In this document: positions 21,105-30,401 of the stretch, in pieces
How positions within the stretch are numbered: the stretch's first letter is position 1
Layout of the letters: each line of letters opens with the position of its first letter
Assembly (NCBI GenBank): GCA_964514545.1
Contig: CAZETR010000033.1
Location: 1,954 to 65,953, forward strand
DNA length: 64,000 nt
Reading direction: 5' to 3'
Source of the DNA: an uncultured Gammaproteobacteria bacterium
GTDB taxonomy: Bacteria; Patescibacteriota; Microgenomatia; CAZETR01
The notes under the pieces: model-generated
Seen by the model: only the letters and a program-made list of their open reading frames with translations
The model's database searches: none
Told to the model about the DNA's origin: nothing
Position numbers and translations under genes: made by a program

Positions 21105-22286
21105 TTACGCAGCGCGCATGATCTCGACAAGCTGGGCGGACAGCTTGTTCTCCGCCTCATGCAGTTCGCCACGACCGCGCTCGACTTCCTGACGCGCCTT
21201 TCGGTTGGCGGCGGCCGCATCGCCCAGCGCCTTCATGAGCGTCTCACCGCTCGTAACAATGGCATCAGCCATCCGATTGAGGGTCTCGACACGCAAGGCC
21301 ATCTGGCCCAGGAGCTGGGAACTTTGAGCGATCATCTGCTCATAGGCTTCCGCAGAGTCCACCGCTTGTTTGTTCATGAAGTCAATGCCCGTCTGGAGAG
21401 CGAGTTGGGCAATTTCGGCTTGCAGGGCATCGAGCTGCAGAACGACGTCGGTCTTCCACTGCGGAATGCCCATCTCCAAGAAATCGCCCAGGCCAAGCGC
21501 CACAATCGCATTGGCATTGCGCTGGCCGAGAAACCGACGCTCGTTCATGTTGCCCATGTGAATGTACGCCGGCAGCGACCCGAGCCGCTTGATGAGCAAC
21601 GGGCTGATGCCTTCGAGCCGTTCACGCTCGCCGCTGTCCACGGCCAACTTGAGGGCTTCGAGGCGATCGGTCAGCAGGTCCTTCAAGTCCTCCATGCCCG
21701 CACACAGATACAACAACTTATCCGTGCGCCCGTCGGCCTCTTCGGCCAACTGGCCATCGCGGACCACGGCCTCGATCACCAGATCGTACTGCCGCTGCAG
21801 AATGTCAATGTCCTTCTGCATCACCGCGAGGACGGTCTGAAACTGCTGGAGCGCTTCGCGGATCTCCTCGGAGATCGCGCGCACCCAGTTGACGACTTCG
21901 CGCGCCTTCGCCTTGCCCTGTGCGACTTTCTCGACAAAGCGCTGGTCAACTTTCGGCAACCTGCCGTTGACTTCGCGCATCTTGCGCGTGGCGCCCTGCA
22001 CGCCCTGGCTGACAACACCACCGTCGCGCATCTTCATGTTTTCGAGCATGGCATCCAAGCCGGGCGTCTGCTGAACATCGAAACCCTTGATCATCTCGAT
22101 GAAGAACGTGACACCGAAGTTGGAGTCCTCGAGCGCTTTCAACGCCCAGGCCTTGACTTCATCGCGCTTTCCTTGAGACAAGAGAGCACGCGCAGAGAAC
22201 TGAGGGCCGGGCGTAGTGACAGCGGCTTGGACGACTGGGACAAGTTGCTGTGAAGCAGCGGTCGGAAGGGGTAACGTGGTAGTCAT
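21105..22286 (-). CDS. TelA-like (toxic-anion-resistance / YaaN family) coiled-coil protein
   Basis: ~390 aa all-helical coiled-coil protein with TelA-like layout and C-terminal 'IPQWK…' region comparable to B. subtilis YaaN; neighbour is XpaC-like as in Bacillus xpaC-yaaN. Confidence 0.5.
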   Translation of the reverse strand: MTTTLPLPTAASQQLVPVVQAAVTTPGPQFSARALLSQGKRDEVKAWALKALEDSNFGVTFFIEMIKGFDVQQTPGLDAMLENMKMRDGGVVSQGVQGATRKMREVNGRLPKVDQRFVEKVAQGKAKAREVVNWVRAISEEIREALQQFQTVLAVMQKDIDILQRQYDLVIEAVVRDGQLAEEADGRTDKLLYLCAGMEDLKDLLTDRLEALKLAVDSGERERLEGISPLLIKRLGSLPAYIHMGNMNERRFLGQRNANAIVALGLGDFLEMGIPQWKTDVVLQLDALQAEIAQLALQTGIDFMNKQAVDSAEAYEQMIAQSSQLLGQMALRVETLNRMADAIVTSGETLMKALGDAAAANRKARQEVERGRGELHEAENKLSAQLVEIMRAA

Positions 22287-22345
22287 GCTTATTCTCCTTA
22301 TCTGACTAAGTCTGAACGTTGGAACGAGGAATATTGCTCGCTATT

Positions 22346-23458
22346 TTACTGAATAGCGGTCTTGATGGCCTCAAACACGTCGCGCTTGGGTTCGCCCACT
22401 GACTGGGGATTCGCCACGAGCCACGGAACGTCAGTGTCGCCCGGCTTGGCAGCGATGCCGCCGGCTGCAGTTCGCATACCGTACTGGCTCCAACCGAGAG
22501 CTTGCAACGTTTCATCCGTGCCAAAGATTTCGACGAGACGGTCCCCATTCTCTGTCAGACTGCCAAGCACGTGATCCGTGCTCACAGTCCACTCGGGGTA
22601 AATTCCGACGATCAGGTTGCCGTCGGACTCGCGCCGCGACTGTGGCAACTTGTTGCGCCAGCCTAGGTAGAGCGACTCAGAGCTAGCAGCCAACGGGATC
22701 GAGCCACTCTGGTAGACATAATCCTCGAACCACTCAGGACTAGACTCGGCCTGCCGAGGTTGCATAGCCCAGTTGGCTACCAGATTCGGAAGTACCGTAG
22801 GCAGGCCATTCAGATCGCACACGAGGCCGCCTTCGACACCGCCCGGCATCTGGTAATTGCAGAGCAAGAACAGGTGTTGTAAGCCACCGCTGCTTTTGGC
22901 CGGGTTAGTGTAACGGATATTCACTCGGCCAGGAATGGGCACGCCGATGTCCACCCACGCCTCCTGACTATTCATCGCCTCGATCACCGGCGCCATTTTC
23001 ATGTAGTAGGCGCCGTTCTTCCCATAGACGATGCCGCTGTCCAAAAGCGGTTGGAGAAACAGATCCCGACGGGTATAAAACAGGCCGTAGGTGCGAAAGA
23101 TTGTGTCGTGTTTTCGGACAAGCCCCGGTTTGGCGGTAGTGAAATCTTCGTACCCGCTTGCCGACCCCGGCCAGATACAATCAATGCCGGTCAGATCCTT
23201 GTCCTTCATCTCGAAGGTTCCGACGCTGATCGACTCCACATCGATATTGTAGTCAGCCAGTAGGTATTCCTTCACTTTCGCGTCGCGCAGGAAGACCTGG
23301 CCACCGAGGCAGGTAACCTTCATCGCCGGCCCGAGCGTGGGCGTCGGCGTCGGCAGGTTGGACTTTGCCTGACCCGCCAGCGAAAACGCGATGATAAGGA
23401 ACGTGGCAACGACGACAAGAACGCCAAGTCCGATAAGGAGACGTTTGTTCATGTTCAT
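22346..23458 (-). CDS. membrane-anchored periplasmic-binding-protein-like protein (paralogous to N-terminal half of the vWA protein)
   Basis: N-terminal TM then Pro/Thr linker; shared pattern with ORF 24131-25723 N-domain (K..L.D.GI…DV.W..S……RTY). Confidence 0.4.
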   Translation of the reverse strand: MNMNKRLLIGLGVLVVVATFLIIAFSLAGQAKSNLPTPTPTLGPAMKVTCLGGQVFLRDAKVKEYLLADYNIDVESISVGTFEMKDKDLTGIDCIWPGSASGYEDFTTAKPGLVRKHDTIFRTYGLFYTRRDLFLQPLLDSGIVYGKNGAYYMKMAPVIEAMNSQEAWVDIGVPIPGRVNIRYTNPAKSSGGLQHLFLLCNYQMPGGVEGGLVCDLNGLPTVLPNLVANWAMQPRQAESSPEWFEDYVYQSGSIPLAASSESLYLGWRNKLPQSRRESDGNLIVGIYPEWTVSTDHVLGSLTENGDRLVEIFGTDETLQALGWSQYGMRTAAGGIAAKPGDTDVPWLVANPQSVGEPKRDVFEAIKTAIQ

Positions 23459-24111
23459 GGCTTACTCCTCTCCGAGTCTTCGATGATGCTCCGAAGTAAT
23501 TCCGCAGCCCGCCCCGCCTTTGAGGTTGTGGTGGCAAGCTGTCGGAGCAAATTCAATTCGCTTTCGGCCGCGAGCAGCTTGCGCGCCCGGCCTTCGTCAA
23601 TACCGACTTCCAGAGCTTCAAGCGCTGTTTCCGTCTCCGGAATGTGCTGAGTTTCCAACTCCGTCATCAACGCGGCCATCTGGGAACGACTCAACGTTAC
23701 TTCACCGGTGAGCACACCCAGAACGGTCAGAAAACTATCTGAAAGCTTTTCCAGCCGCCGCACGTGAGTACCAATACCGGTGAGATCGCGCGTAACGAGC
23801 TTGGCAGCCATGCGAGCGATGTGAACCGCAATCGCCTGCAGCGCATCCTTCAATTTCGGTGAGCGCTGACTTTCAGCGATACGCTTGATTTGCGTTGCAA
23901 TCCGAGCCGTCCGCCCCAACGATTCCTCCAACGCGATGACGTCATCGGACTTGCGTAGAAACAGAAAGTACGTAACCAGCAGGCCAGCGGACGGGACAAG
24001 CCCAACCGCAACCCGAATGATTGGCGCACCGTATGGAAACAGAAATGCTGTGGCAACCATCGCGATGAGTGCTGCAGCCACAGCTAGAGAGTCAAGGATC
24101 TTTTGATTCAT
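23455..24111 (-). CDS. XpaC-like (5-bromo-4-chloroindolyl phosphate hydrolysis family) membrane protein
   Basis: Two N-terminal TM helices followed by helical cytoplasmic domain, ~210 aa, 4-nt overlap with downstream gene; classic partner of TelA/YaaN. Confidence 0.4.
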   Translation of the reverse strand: MNQKILDSLAVAAALIAMVATAFLFPYGAPIIRVAVGLVPSAGLLVTYFLFLRKSDDVIALEESLGRTARIATQIKRIAESQRSPKLKDALQAIAVHIARMAAKLVTRDLTGIGTHVRRLEKLSDSFLTVLGVLTGEVTLSRSQMAALMTELETQHIPETETALEALEVGIDEGRARKLLAAESELNLLRQLATTTSKAGRAAELLRSIIEDSERSKP

Positions 24112-24130
24112 GCAACACTCTCCTTGGCAA

Positions 24131-25723
24131 CTAATTGTTGCCCTTGAACAGGCGGAAGCACTTCACAAGCGCCTCCTGCCCGCCGCGGCCGTCACAGACC
24201 GCGCCGTGCGTGTAGTCGGCGATTTCTTTCATCGCCCCTTCGCTGGCAGAGCCGAAAAGGATCGTGTAGATGGGCACATTGCTTTGATCACCCTCGTAAG
24301 TCCTCTTCAGAGAGCCAAACGACGTGCCGACCGCGTTGTGCTCACCGTCGGTCAGAAGAATAACTGCCGGAAGCTGTCCAGGCTGAGCGCCCGTCGAAAC
24401 AATCTCCACCGCTCGTTGGGCGCATCCATAGATGTTGGTTCCGCCGGCAAGTTGCTGATTCTCAACGCTTGACAGGAGCGAGGCAAACTGCACAGAATCA
24501 TTGCCTTGAATTGAATACTCAGCCAGAACATTCTCGGCAAAAGCAAGCACGTAAGTGGTGTCGCCGCCTGACGCCTGCAAGAGGTACTGCGCCGCCAGGG
24601 TTTGATCCAGCAGGAGTTTCATCGCCGCCCTGAGTTGAGTCTCACCAGTCCCCTGCATGCTACCGGAGTAGTCAAGGCAAAAGACTGTGAACGACGGCTT
24701 GCGTAAAACAGTCTGGTACATATCGAGGGCGCGGGCAATTATCGTGTCTTTTGGCAATTCGATCAGCGCAAACTCGGTTTGCGCATCGATGCCCCACGCC
24801 GGATTGAAAACGCTCGGATCGGGATTCTCCACCCGCATACCGACGCGCCCTGTCCGGAACCCGAGAGACTGCAGTTTGGCACGCACGTCGTCACTGGTGA
24901 GGTATTCGGCCAGTTGTTTGAACTGGGCCTGCTTTTCCTCACTGGCGCCCGACACCCACCCAAGCTGGTAGTTCTGCATGCCGACAGCGTTGCTGACGTA
25001 AAAGACCGTCATCGGCGCCGCACCCTTGCCGACCAGTTCTTGATTGGTCGCGATGAGCATGCTTTCCGGCAGCACTATAGCGTTGTATTGCCCGCCACCG
25101 GAAGTGCGGTCCGCCACGAATGCAGCTTTGAGGTCGCTCGCGTTGCTGGCAGTCCGGCTCACCGCGGATAGAATCGTCCGCAGCGCGTCGACATCACCGC
25201 CCGTCGCCTGCCACAAGGCAAGGTAGAAATTGGCGCCGGCATCGTCCTGCGACGCACTCGGCATGGCCAGCTTGACCTTGCCCGCATTGATCGCAGCAAT
25301 GATGTCATTGACCGTGATGCCCGTCTGAGAATTCCAGCCAAGTTCACTGACCAGACCGGGATCCATGGCGAACACCACGTAGGTGCGCATCACCGAGGTC
25401 TTATCCCGGACAAGGCTTCCCGGCAACCAGATCGGTGAGGCCGCCCAGAAGACATCCACGTCACCGGGGTTCTGTGCCGTATACGCCAGGACCTTAAGTT
25501 TGACCTCAACAGAGCCCAGATAGCGTGTAGATACCGCAACTCCGGTCTTTTCAGTGAACGCTTTGAAAATGCCAGCGTCCTCGAGAAGCTTCACCTCACT
25601 CGCCGCATTGATGCGCAGAGAGCTCGGATCAGCCGGCGGAGTGACATTGGGCAACAAATCAGGCCCGCACGCCACGACAGCCAGATACAGTAGTACGACG
25701 GGAAACAGACATAACCGCTTCAT
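24131..25723 (-). CDS. lipoprotein with N-terminal PBP-like domain and C-terminal von Willebrand factor A (vWA) domain
   Basis: Lipobox (LAVVACG), MIDAS motif 'DYSGSM', second vWA motif '…LLTDGEHN…'. Confidence 0.7.
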   Translation of the reverse strand: MKRLCLFPVVLLYLAVVACGPDLLPNVTPPADPSSLRINAASEVKLLEDAGIFKAFTEKTGVAVSTRYLGSVEVKLKVLAYTAQNPGDVDVFWAASPIWLPGSLVRDKTSVMRTYVVFAMDPGLVSELGWNSQTGITVNDIIAAINAGKVKLAMPSASQDDAGANFYLALWQATGGDVDALRTILSAVSRTASNASDLKAAFVADRTSGGGQYNAIVLPESMLIATNQELVGKGAAPMTVFYVSNAVGMQNYQLGWVSGASEEKQAQFKQLAEYLTSDDVRAKLQSLGFRTGRVGMRVENPDPSVFNPAWGIDAQTEFALIELPKDTIIARALDMYQTVLRKPSFTVFCLDYSGSMQGTGETQLRAAMKLLLDQTLAAQYLLQASGGDTTYVLAFAENVLAEYSIQGNDSVQFASLLSSVENQQLAGGTNIYGCAQRAVEIVSTGAQPGQLPAVILLTDGEHNAVGTSFGSLKRTYEGDQSNVPIYTILFGSASEGAMKEIADYTHGAVCDGRGGQEALVKCFRLFKGNN

Positions 25724-25940
25724 GTAGCCTCCTTAACTATCTAATAGCTAATGGACCAGTAGGTAAGACTATTGCCAATATCTTCGGGAAATTTTCCCTC
25801 CTTTGAATCTCAAGTTGTTAAAGAGCTAATTAGGCTGTAACTCCACAAAAAAGCACCGCAAAAGTGGCGCTTGTTCTGTGAAGTTTACATCGGGCGCGAT
25901 TTTATCAGCTTCCAACCCCTAAGTCAAATCCTATGGGTTA

Positions 25941-26723
25941 CTATTTTCCTATCGCCATCCAGTTTACCTTGACCGAAGAGTTAACGCCAGCTTTATATAC
26001 GAATTGAGTATTAGATACGCTTCTAATTAAAACCGAAAATGGAGTTCCCGTCACCGAGATAGGAGTCGCAAGTACAACGGGAGCTGATGTGTATGGCTGG
26101 CTAAAGATCACCGTTCCCTTGCCAGTAGCGTCTGATGTAGAAACACCGAAAAGCAGAGTGTTACCTGATTCAACATTTAGGGCTAAGGGTCCTGTTGCTC
26201 CGGTTGCTCCAATAGATCCAGTAGCCCCTGTCGGCCCTACCGGACCTGCAACTCCAATCGGCCCGGTCACACCGGTTGTCCCCAACAGACCTGTCGCCCC
26301 GGTTGCTCCATCTGCCCCCGCCACTCCCGTCGGTCCCGTAGTTCCCATATATCCGGCAATTCCCGAGAATCCAGTATAACCGAACAGTCCTGTGAAGCCG
26401 GTATATCCAGCCTGCCCGGACGGTCCTGTCGGTCCGGTTGTTCCAGTGGGTCCAGTGCGACCCGCAAAACCGGAAGCACCCGTGTAGCCGGCCATCCCGG
26501 TTGGTCCGGTAGCGCCCGTTAACCCAGTCGGGCCGGTTTTACCCGCTGACCCAGACATACCCGTAAATCCAGCCGGACCGGACGGACCCGTAGGACCGGT
26601 CGCTCCAGTCGGACCTGTAATTCCTGAGGAACCAGTAAAACCAGCCTGCTGAGCCAAAGCAACTCTCGCAAAAACACCAATTCCCAACACTCCGAATACT
26701 AAAACTATAATTAAGCGCTTCAT
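25941..26723 (-). CDS. secreted collagen-like triple-helix repeat protein ((G-X-T)n, BclA-like) with ~80-aa C-terminal globular domain
   Basis: Signal peptide, ~50 uninterrupted Gly-X-Thr/Pro triplets ([19 protein letters not shown]…), non-repetitive C-terminus. Confidence 0.75.
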   Translation of the reverse strand: MKRLIIVLVFGVLGIGVFARVALAQQAGFTGSSGITGPTGATGPTGPSGPAGFTGMSGSAGKTGPTGLTGATGPTGMAGYTGASGFAGRTGPTGTTGPTGPSGQAGYTGFTGLFGYTGFSGIAGYMGTTGPTGVAGADGATGATGLLGTTGVTGPIGVAGPVGPTGATGSIGATGATGPLALNVESGNTLLFGVSTSDATGKGTVIFSQPYTSAPVVLATPISVTGTPFSVLIRSVSNTQFVYKAGVNSSVKVNWMAIGK

Positions 26724-26868
26724 TTAAACCAATTCTTTCACTTGAATGTATTACGCTCTAAGTTACCTGTCAAGTAGTATCGACCTCCTGCCAAAGAGCA
26801 ACTATCTAAACTCCGTTCCGAGATTCTTAACCACATTGACCCCGTAATGAAGGTGCTCAAACTAACTT

Positions 26869-28293
26869 CTATTTTATCTTTACATTAGGTCCTTGATCCG
26901 AATCATGAACTTCGTATCCCAATTTCTCTATTTCACCTCTTAATTTATCCGCCTGGGCCCAATCCTTGGCTTGTCTCGCCTTCTCTCGCCTCGCAACCAA
27001 CACAGCTACTTCTTCTGAGATTTGGGATTTGGGATTTGGGATTTGGGATAAGCGCAAGCCCAGCACCTCATCCCAACTCATCAGCAGGTCCCATTTATCC
27101 CGATCCGGCAACATGCTCTTTCCCATCTCCCATACCACTGCCATCGCCTGGGGCATATTCAGGTCATCCTCGACGGCCAAACGAAACCTATTTGTAAATT
27201 TGTCAACCAGTTTGGTTTTTGAGTCTGACACTATTTTTCTTATATCCGCATTTTCCCTCCAACCCTGCACCAACGTGACTAGCCTAACTCGGGCATTTCT
27301 GGCCGCGTCCAGAGATTCAAACGTCATATTTAACTGATCCCGGTAATGAGCGGTCAGGTAAAGATAGCGCAAGTCCAACGGATCGTAGCCCCTTTGCACT
27401 AAATCTTGAAGGGTATAAAAGTTTGCGGTACTCTTGGCCATCTTTTTACCGTTCACTAGAATAAACGCTCCGTGAACCCAATACTTCACAAACGGCTTGC
27501 CTGTCGCGGCCTCCGACTGGGCAATCTCATTGGGATGGTGGGTAGAGCGCAAATCCTCTCCACCCACGTGCAGATCAAAAGACTCACCCAAATATTTCAT
27601 GCTCATAGCCGAGCACTCGATATGCCATCCCGGAAACCCCAACCCCCAGGGACTATCCCACTCCATTTGTCGCTTAGCCAGCCCCGAGCTTGCCGAAGGA
27701 CTAAACTTCCACAGCGCAAAATCCCGTGGGTTTCGCTTCTCGGGATTTACCTCGACCCTCGCGCCCTCCCGAATCTCATCCAGTGTCGAAAGCTCACCGT
27801 AATCCGGAAATTTGGAGGTGTCAAAGTACACCCCGTCGCGGGTTTTATAAGCATAGCCCTTTTCCTCGAGTTTCTTTACCAGCTCAATTTGCTCATCTGT
27901 GTGGTCCGTGGCCTTGGCAAACAAGCGCGGTTGAATGAGATTCAACTCCCCAAAATCCTTGAGAAACGCCTGAGTATAAAATTCCGCAATATCCCAAACC
28001 GTCTTCCCTTCTCTTTTAGCTGACTCCTCCATCCGGTCGTGGCCTGTATCAGAATCTCCCAAATTATCCCCAGTCAAGTGTCCCACGTCAGTCAGATTCA
28101 TAATATAGTCAACCTCGTATCCGAAAAACTTCAGAGCCCGAATCAGTAAATCCCCCAAAGTGTAGGTACGGAAATTGCCGATGTGGGCAAAGGAGTAAAC
28201 AGTCGGTCCGCAGGTGTATATGCCAACCTTGCCTGGATTAATCGGCGCAAATTCTTCCAGCTTTCGTGTCAAAGAGTTAAACAATCTCATCAC
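26869..28293 (-). CDS. cysS: cysteinyl-tRNA synthetase
   Basis: Class I motifs: 'CGPTVYSFAHIGN' (HIGH region), 'KMAKS' (KMSKS); contains in-frame heptamer-repeat insertion (…SQIPNPKSQIS…). Confidence 0.9.
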   Translation of the reverse strand: MMRLFNSLTRKLEEFAPINPGKVGIYTCGPTVYSFAHIGNFRTYTLGDLLIRALKFFGYEVDYIMNLTDVGHLTGDNLGDSDTGHDRMEESAKREGKTVWDIAEFYTQAFLKDFGELNLIQPRLFAKATDHTDEQIELVKKLEEKGYAYKTRDGVYFDTSKFPDYGELSTLDEIREGARVEVNPEKRNPRDFALWKFSPSASSGLAKRQMEWDSPWGLGFPGWHIECSAMSMKYLGESFDLHVGGEDLRSTHHPNEIAQSEAATGKPFVKYWVHGAFILVNGKKMAKSTANFYTLQDLVQRGYDPLDLRYLYLTAHYRDQLNMTFESLDAARNARVRLVTLVQGWRENADIRKIVSDSKTKLVDKFTNRFRLAVEDDLNMPQAMAVVWEMGKSMLPDRDKWDLLMSWDEVLGLRLSQIPNPKSQISEEVAVLVARREKARQAKDWAQADKLRGEIEKLGYEVHDSDQGPNVKIK

Positions 28294-28314
28294 GCTAATA
28301 ATACCTTAAAAATC

Positions 28315-28794
28315 CTAAAGCATGCGCGAACCCATCATTCCCTGCCTTCGCTCCCCTGTTCCCCCGTCTCTTAACTCCGCAAGCACAATCCCCATTCGCG
28401 CAAGTTCCCTCACGTCACCCAGCCACTCCCAAACCCTAAATCTATCGTCGTATAATTTATCCAGAGCCACCAATCCCTTTCCGCTTCCTGCCTCACGTCT
28501 GGTTGCACAAACCCTGCCTTCGTTAAGCGCAACGTCATCAAGCAAAAATTCCCAGAGCCCGCCGTCCTTCAATAATCCTCTGATCTCCGCATACACTCTC
28601 TTATTTGCGACCAGTCCCTCCCACATCGCTCTCCCTTGAACTTTCCTCGATTTTTCAACGGAGAAACCCGGCTGCCTTCTTTGGTTAATCAACATCTCAA
28701 ACGCTTGCCTTTCACCGTCACTCAAGCCCACCTTCCGGGCAAATTCCGCGAATAATTCCAGTGGATCCGGCCATTCCTCCTGAATTGCAAACAT
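28315..28794 (-). CDS. hypothetical protein
   Basis: ORF only; somewhat GC-rich. Confidence 0.3.
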   Translation of the reverse strand: MFAIQEEWPDPLELFAEFARKVGLSDGERQAFEMLINQRRQPGFSVEKSRKVQGRAMWEGLVANKRVYAEIRGLLKDGGLWEFLLDDVALNEGRVCATRREAGSGKGLVALDKLYDDRFRVWEWLGDVRELARMGIVLAELRDGGTGERRQGMMGSRML

Positions 28795-28827
28795 ATTGCC
28801 CTTTTATACTCCCAATATACAAAAACT

Positions 28828-29247
28828 TCAACCACTCGCTCCCCGCTGTCTCTCAGCTGCAGTCTGCGCTCTTTGGACCGGTAATGGCCTAGCTTCCTTT
28901 TTCTTCCTTTCCATCAACTTAAATTGCTCTACCTTGTTCTCCTCTGCCTTTTTCTCCTGCACGTTTTTTTCGGGTTTCTTGGGCTGGGCAGAAACCATCT
29001 GGAATAGGCGCTGGCTCACTAAATAAGTTTTCGCCGCTGTATCAGCCTCGTCCTGTTGTTTCATCTGGGCAATCTGAGCTTGGGACTGGCCTGCCTGCCC
29101 TTGTTCGGCCGAGCCTTGCTCGCCGGATACTTGAGCCTTTGCTATCTCGGCCACTTTCTTGACCTCACCCACAACGGGTCGAACCGTCTGCGCTACGGCC
29201 GCAGTCAGGTTTTCAAATGAATCGGTGAAAGTCTTCTGTTGAGACAT
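28828..29247 (-). CDS. hypothetical low-complexity (Gln/Ala/Lys-rich) protein
   Basis: ORF only. Confidence 0.3.
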   Translation of the reverse strand: MSQQKTFTDSFENLTAAVAQTVRPVVGEVKKVAEIAKAQVSGEQGSAEQGQAGQSQAQIAQMKQQDEADTAAKTYLVSQRLFQMVSAQPKKPEKNVQEKKAEENKVEQFKLMERKKKEARPLPVQRAQTAAERQRGASG

Positions 29248-29322
29248 ACTAGAAAAGTAAGTTAAGAGTCAAAATGAAAAGTCAAAATTTTTTATATTTG
29301 ATCTTTAATCTTTAATCTTTCT

Positions 29323-30021
29323 TTAGTACTCCATTCTCCCCTCCATGGCCCGAGAGAGAGTAACGTCGTCGGCATACTCGATATCAGCCCCCACCGGAAG
29401 TCCACGGGCAAGCCGAGTCACCCGCGGGAGATTTAAGATTTGCTTGCCCTGAACAATGTCGGAGGGAGATTTAAGATTTGAGATTTGACCGCTGATATAC
29501 ATGGCTGTTGCTTCCCCTTCCATGTTTGAATTTAACGCCAATATTACCTCACTTATTGGGATTTGGGAATTGGGATTTGCTTGCCCCTCGAAGTCCTGAG
29601 CTTCCGATGGACGAAGTAGGGGGATTTTGAGCCGAACTATTAGTTCGGCGATGTGTATCTCATCCGGTCCGATGTTATTCAAGGGTGAAATCGATCCATG
29701 CAGAACATGATACACGCCCTTAAACACCCCGGACCGCTCCACCGCAAATAAGTCCAAGGGTTGCTCCACAACACAAATTACCCCTTTCTCGCGACTTGGA
29801 TCAGAACAAATCGGACAGGGATCGTTTTCAGAGACGTTGAGGCAAATGGAGCATAAAACCGTATGCTTCTTTAAATTTCCCAGAGCTTCGGCAAATTGGT
29901 CCAGGTGATCCTGGGGAACATGAAGTAAGTAGTAAGTTAACCTCTGCGCCGACTTGGGCCCAATCCCCGGCAATCTCTCAAAGGCCTCAATAAGTCTCGC
30001 AAGGGGTCTGGCAATCTGCAT
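29323..30021 (-). CDS. recR: recombination protein RecR
   Basis: HhH N-terminus, C4 zinc finger (CSICLN…CPIC), Toprim region; two repeat-derived insertions. Confidence 0.85.
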   Translation of the reverse strand: MQIARPLARLIEAFERLPGIGPKSAQRLTYYLLHVPQDHLDQFAEALGNLKKHTVLCSICLNVSENDPCPICSDPSREKGVICVVEQPLDLFAVERSGVFKGVYHVLHGSISPLNNIGPDEIHIAELIVRLKIPLLRPSEAQDFEGQANPNSQIPISEVILALNSNMEGEATAMYISGQISNLKSPSDIVQGKQILNLPRVTRLARGLPVGADIEYADDVTLSRAMEGRMEY

Positions 30022-30096
30022 CGCTCTTTATATTACCAAAAAATCCGTTCCCGTAGATCACCAATTCAAATTTTAAATTGTAAATTGTAAATTCGG

Positions 30097-30384
30097 CTAT
30101 TGTCCTCCTCCGCGCATTAGTCCCCCGAGACCCCCGCTCATCTCCTGAAGTTTCTTTGCGGCCAGCTCCTGCGATTTCCGAATCGCCTCATTTAAAACAT
30201 CGTTTAGAATCTGGTTTGAAATCCCCTGAATTGAGAGTTCCTTGATCTTTTGATCCCCACTCATAACGACCTTTACTCTATCCCGATCCACCACCACCTC
30301 TTCACCAGCCAAAGCCTGCTGCATCGCCATCGCCTGCTGACGCAGCTTGTTTAAGTCCCCCAGTTTTTGCAACGGATTTATCAC
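30097..30384 (-). CDS. ybaB: nucleoid-associated protein YbaB/EbfC
   Basis: ~95 aa, 'MINPLQKLGDLNKLRQQAMAMQQ…' family signature; dnaX-ybaB-recR synteny. Confidence 0.8.
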   Translation of the reverse strand: MINPLQKLGDLNKLRQQAMAMQQALAGEEVVVDRDRVKVVMSGDQKIKELSIQGISNQILNDVLNEAIRKSQELAAKKLQEMSGGLGGLMRGGGQ

Positions 30385-30401
30385 GACAACTTATTCTACC
30401 A

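Noticed and set aside
20928-22253. 441-aa plus-strand ORF in the high-GC island
   Set aside because: Antisense to the TelA-like gene; long spurious ORFs are expected in 65% GC DNA; Arg/Ala/Leu-rich non-protein-like composition.
25724-25940. Hairpin-like 'GCACCGCAAAAGTGGCGC' as terminator of the collagen-like gene
   Set aside because: Arms are not actually complementary when checked base by base.
26089-26379. Plus-strand ORF (PVAPV… repeats) antisense to the collagen-like gene
   Set aside because: Mirror-frame artefact of the GXT repeat array.
27018-27050. Possible CRISPR array suggested by regular short repeats (GGGATTT)n and similar arrays elsewhere
   Set aside because: Units are 7-8 bp contiguous tandem repeats with no unique spacers and lie inside ORFs or tiny intergenic gaps; no cas genes.
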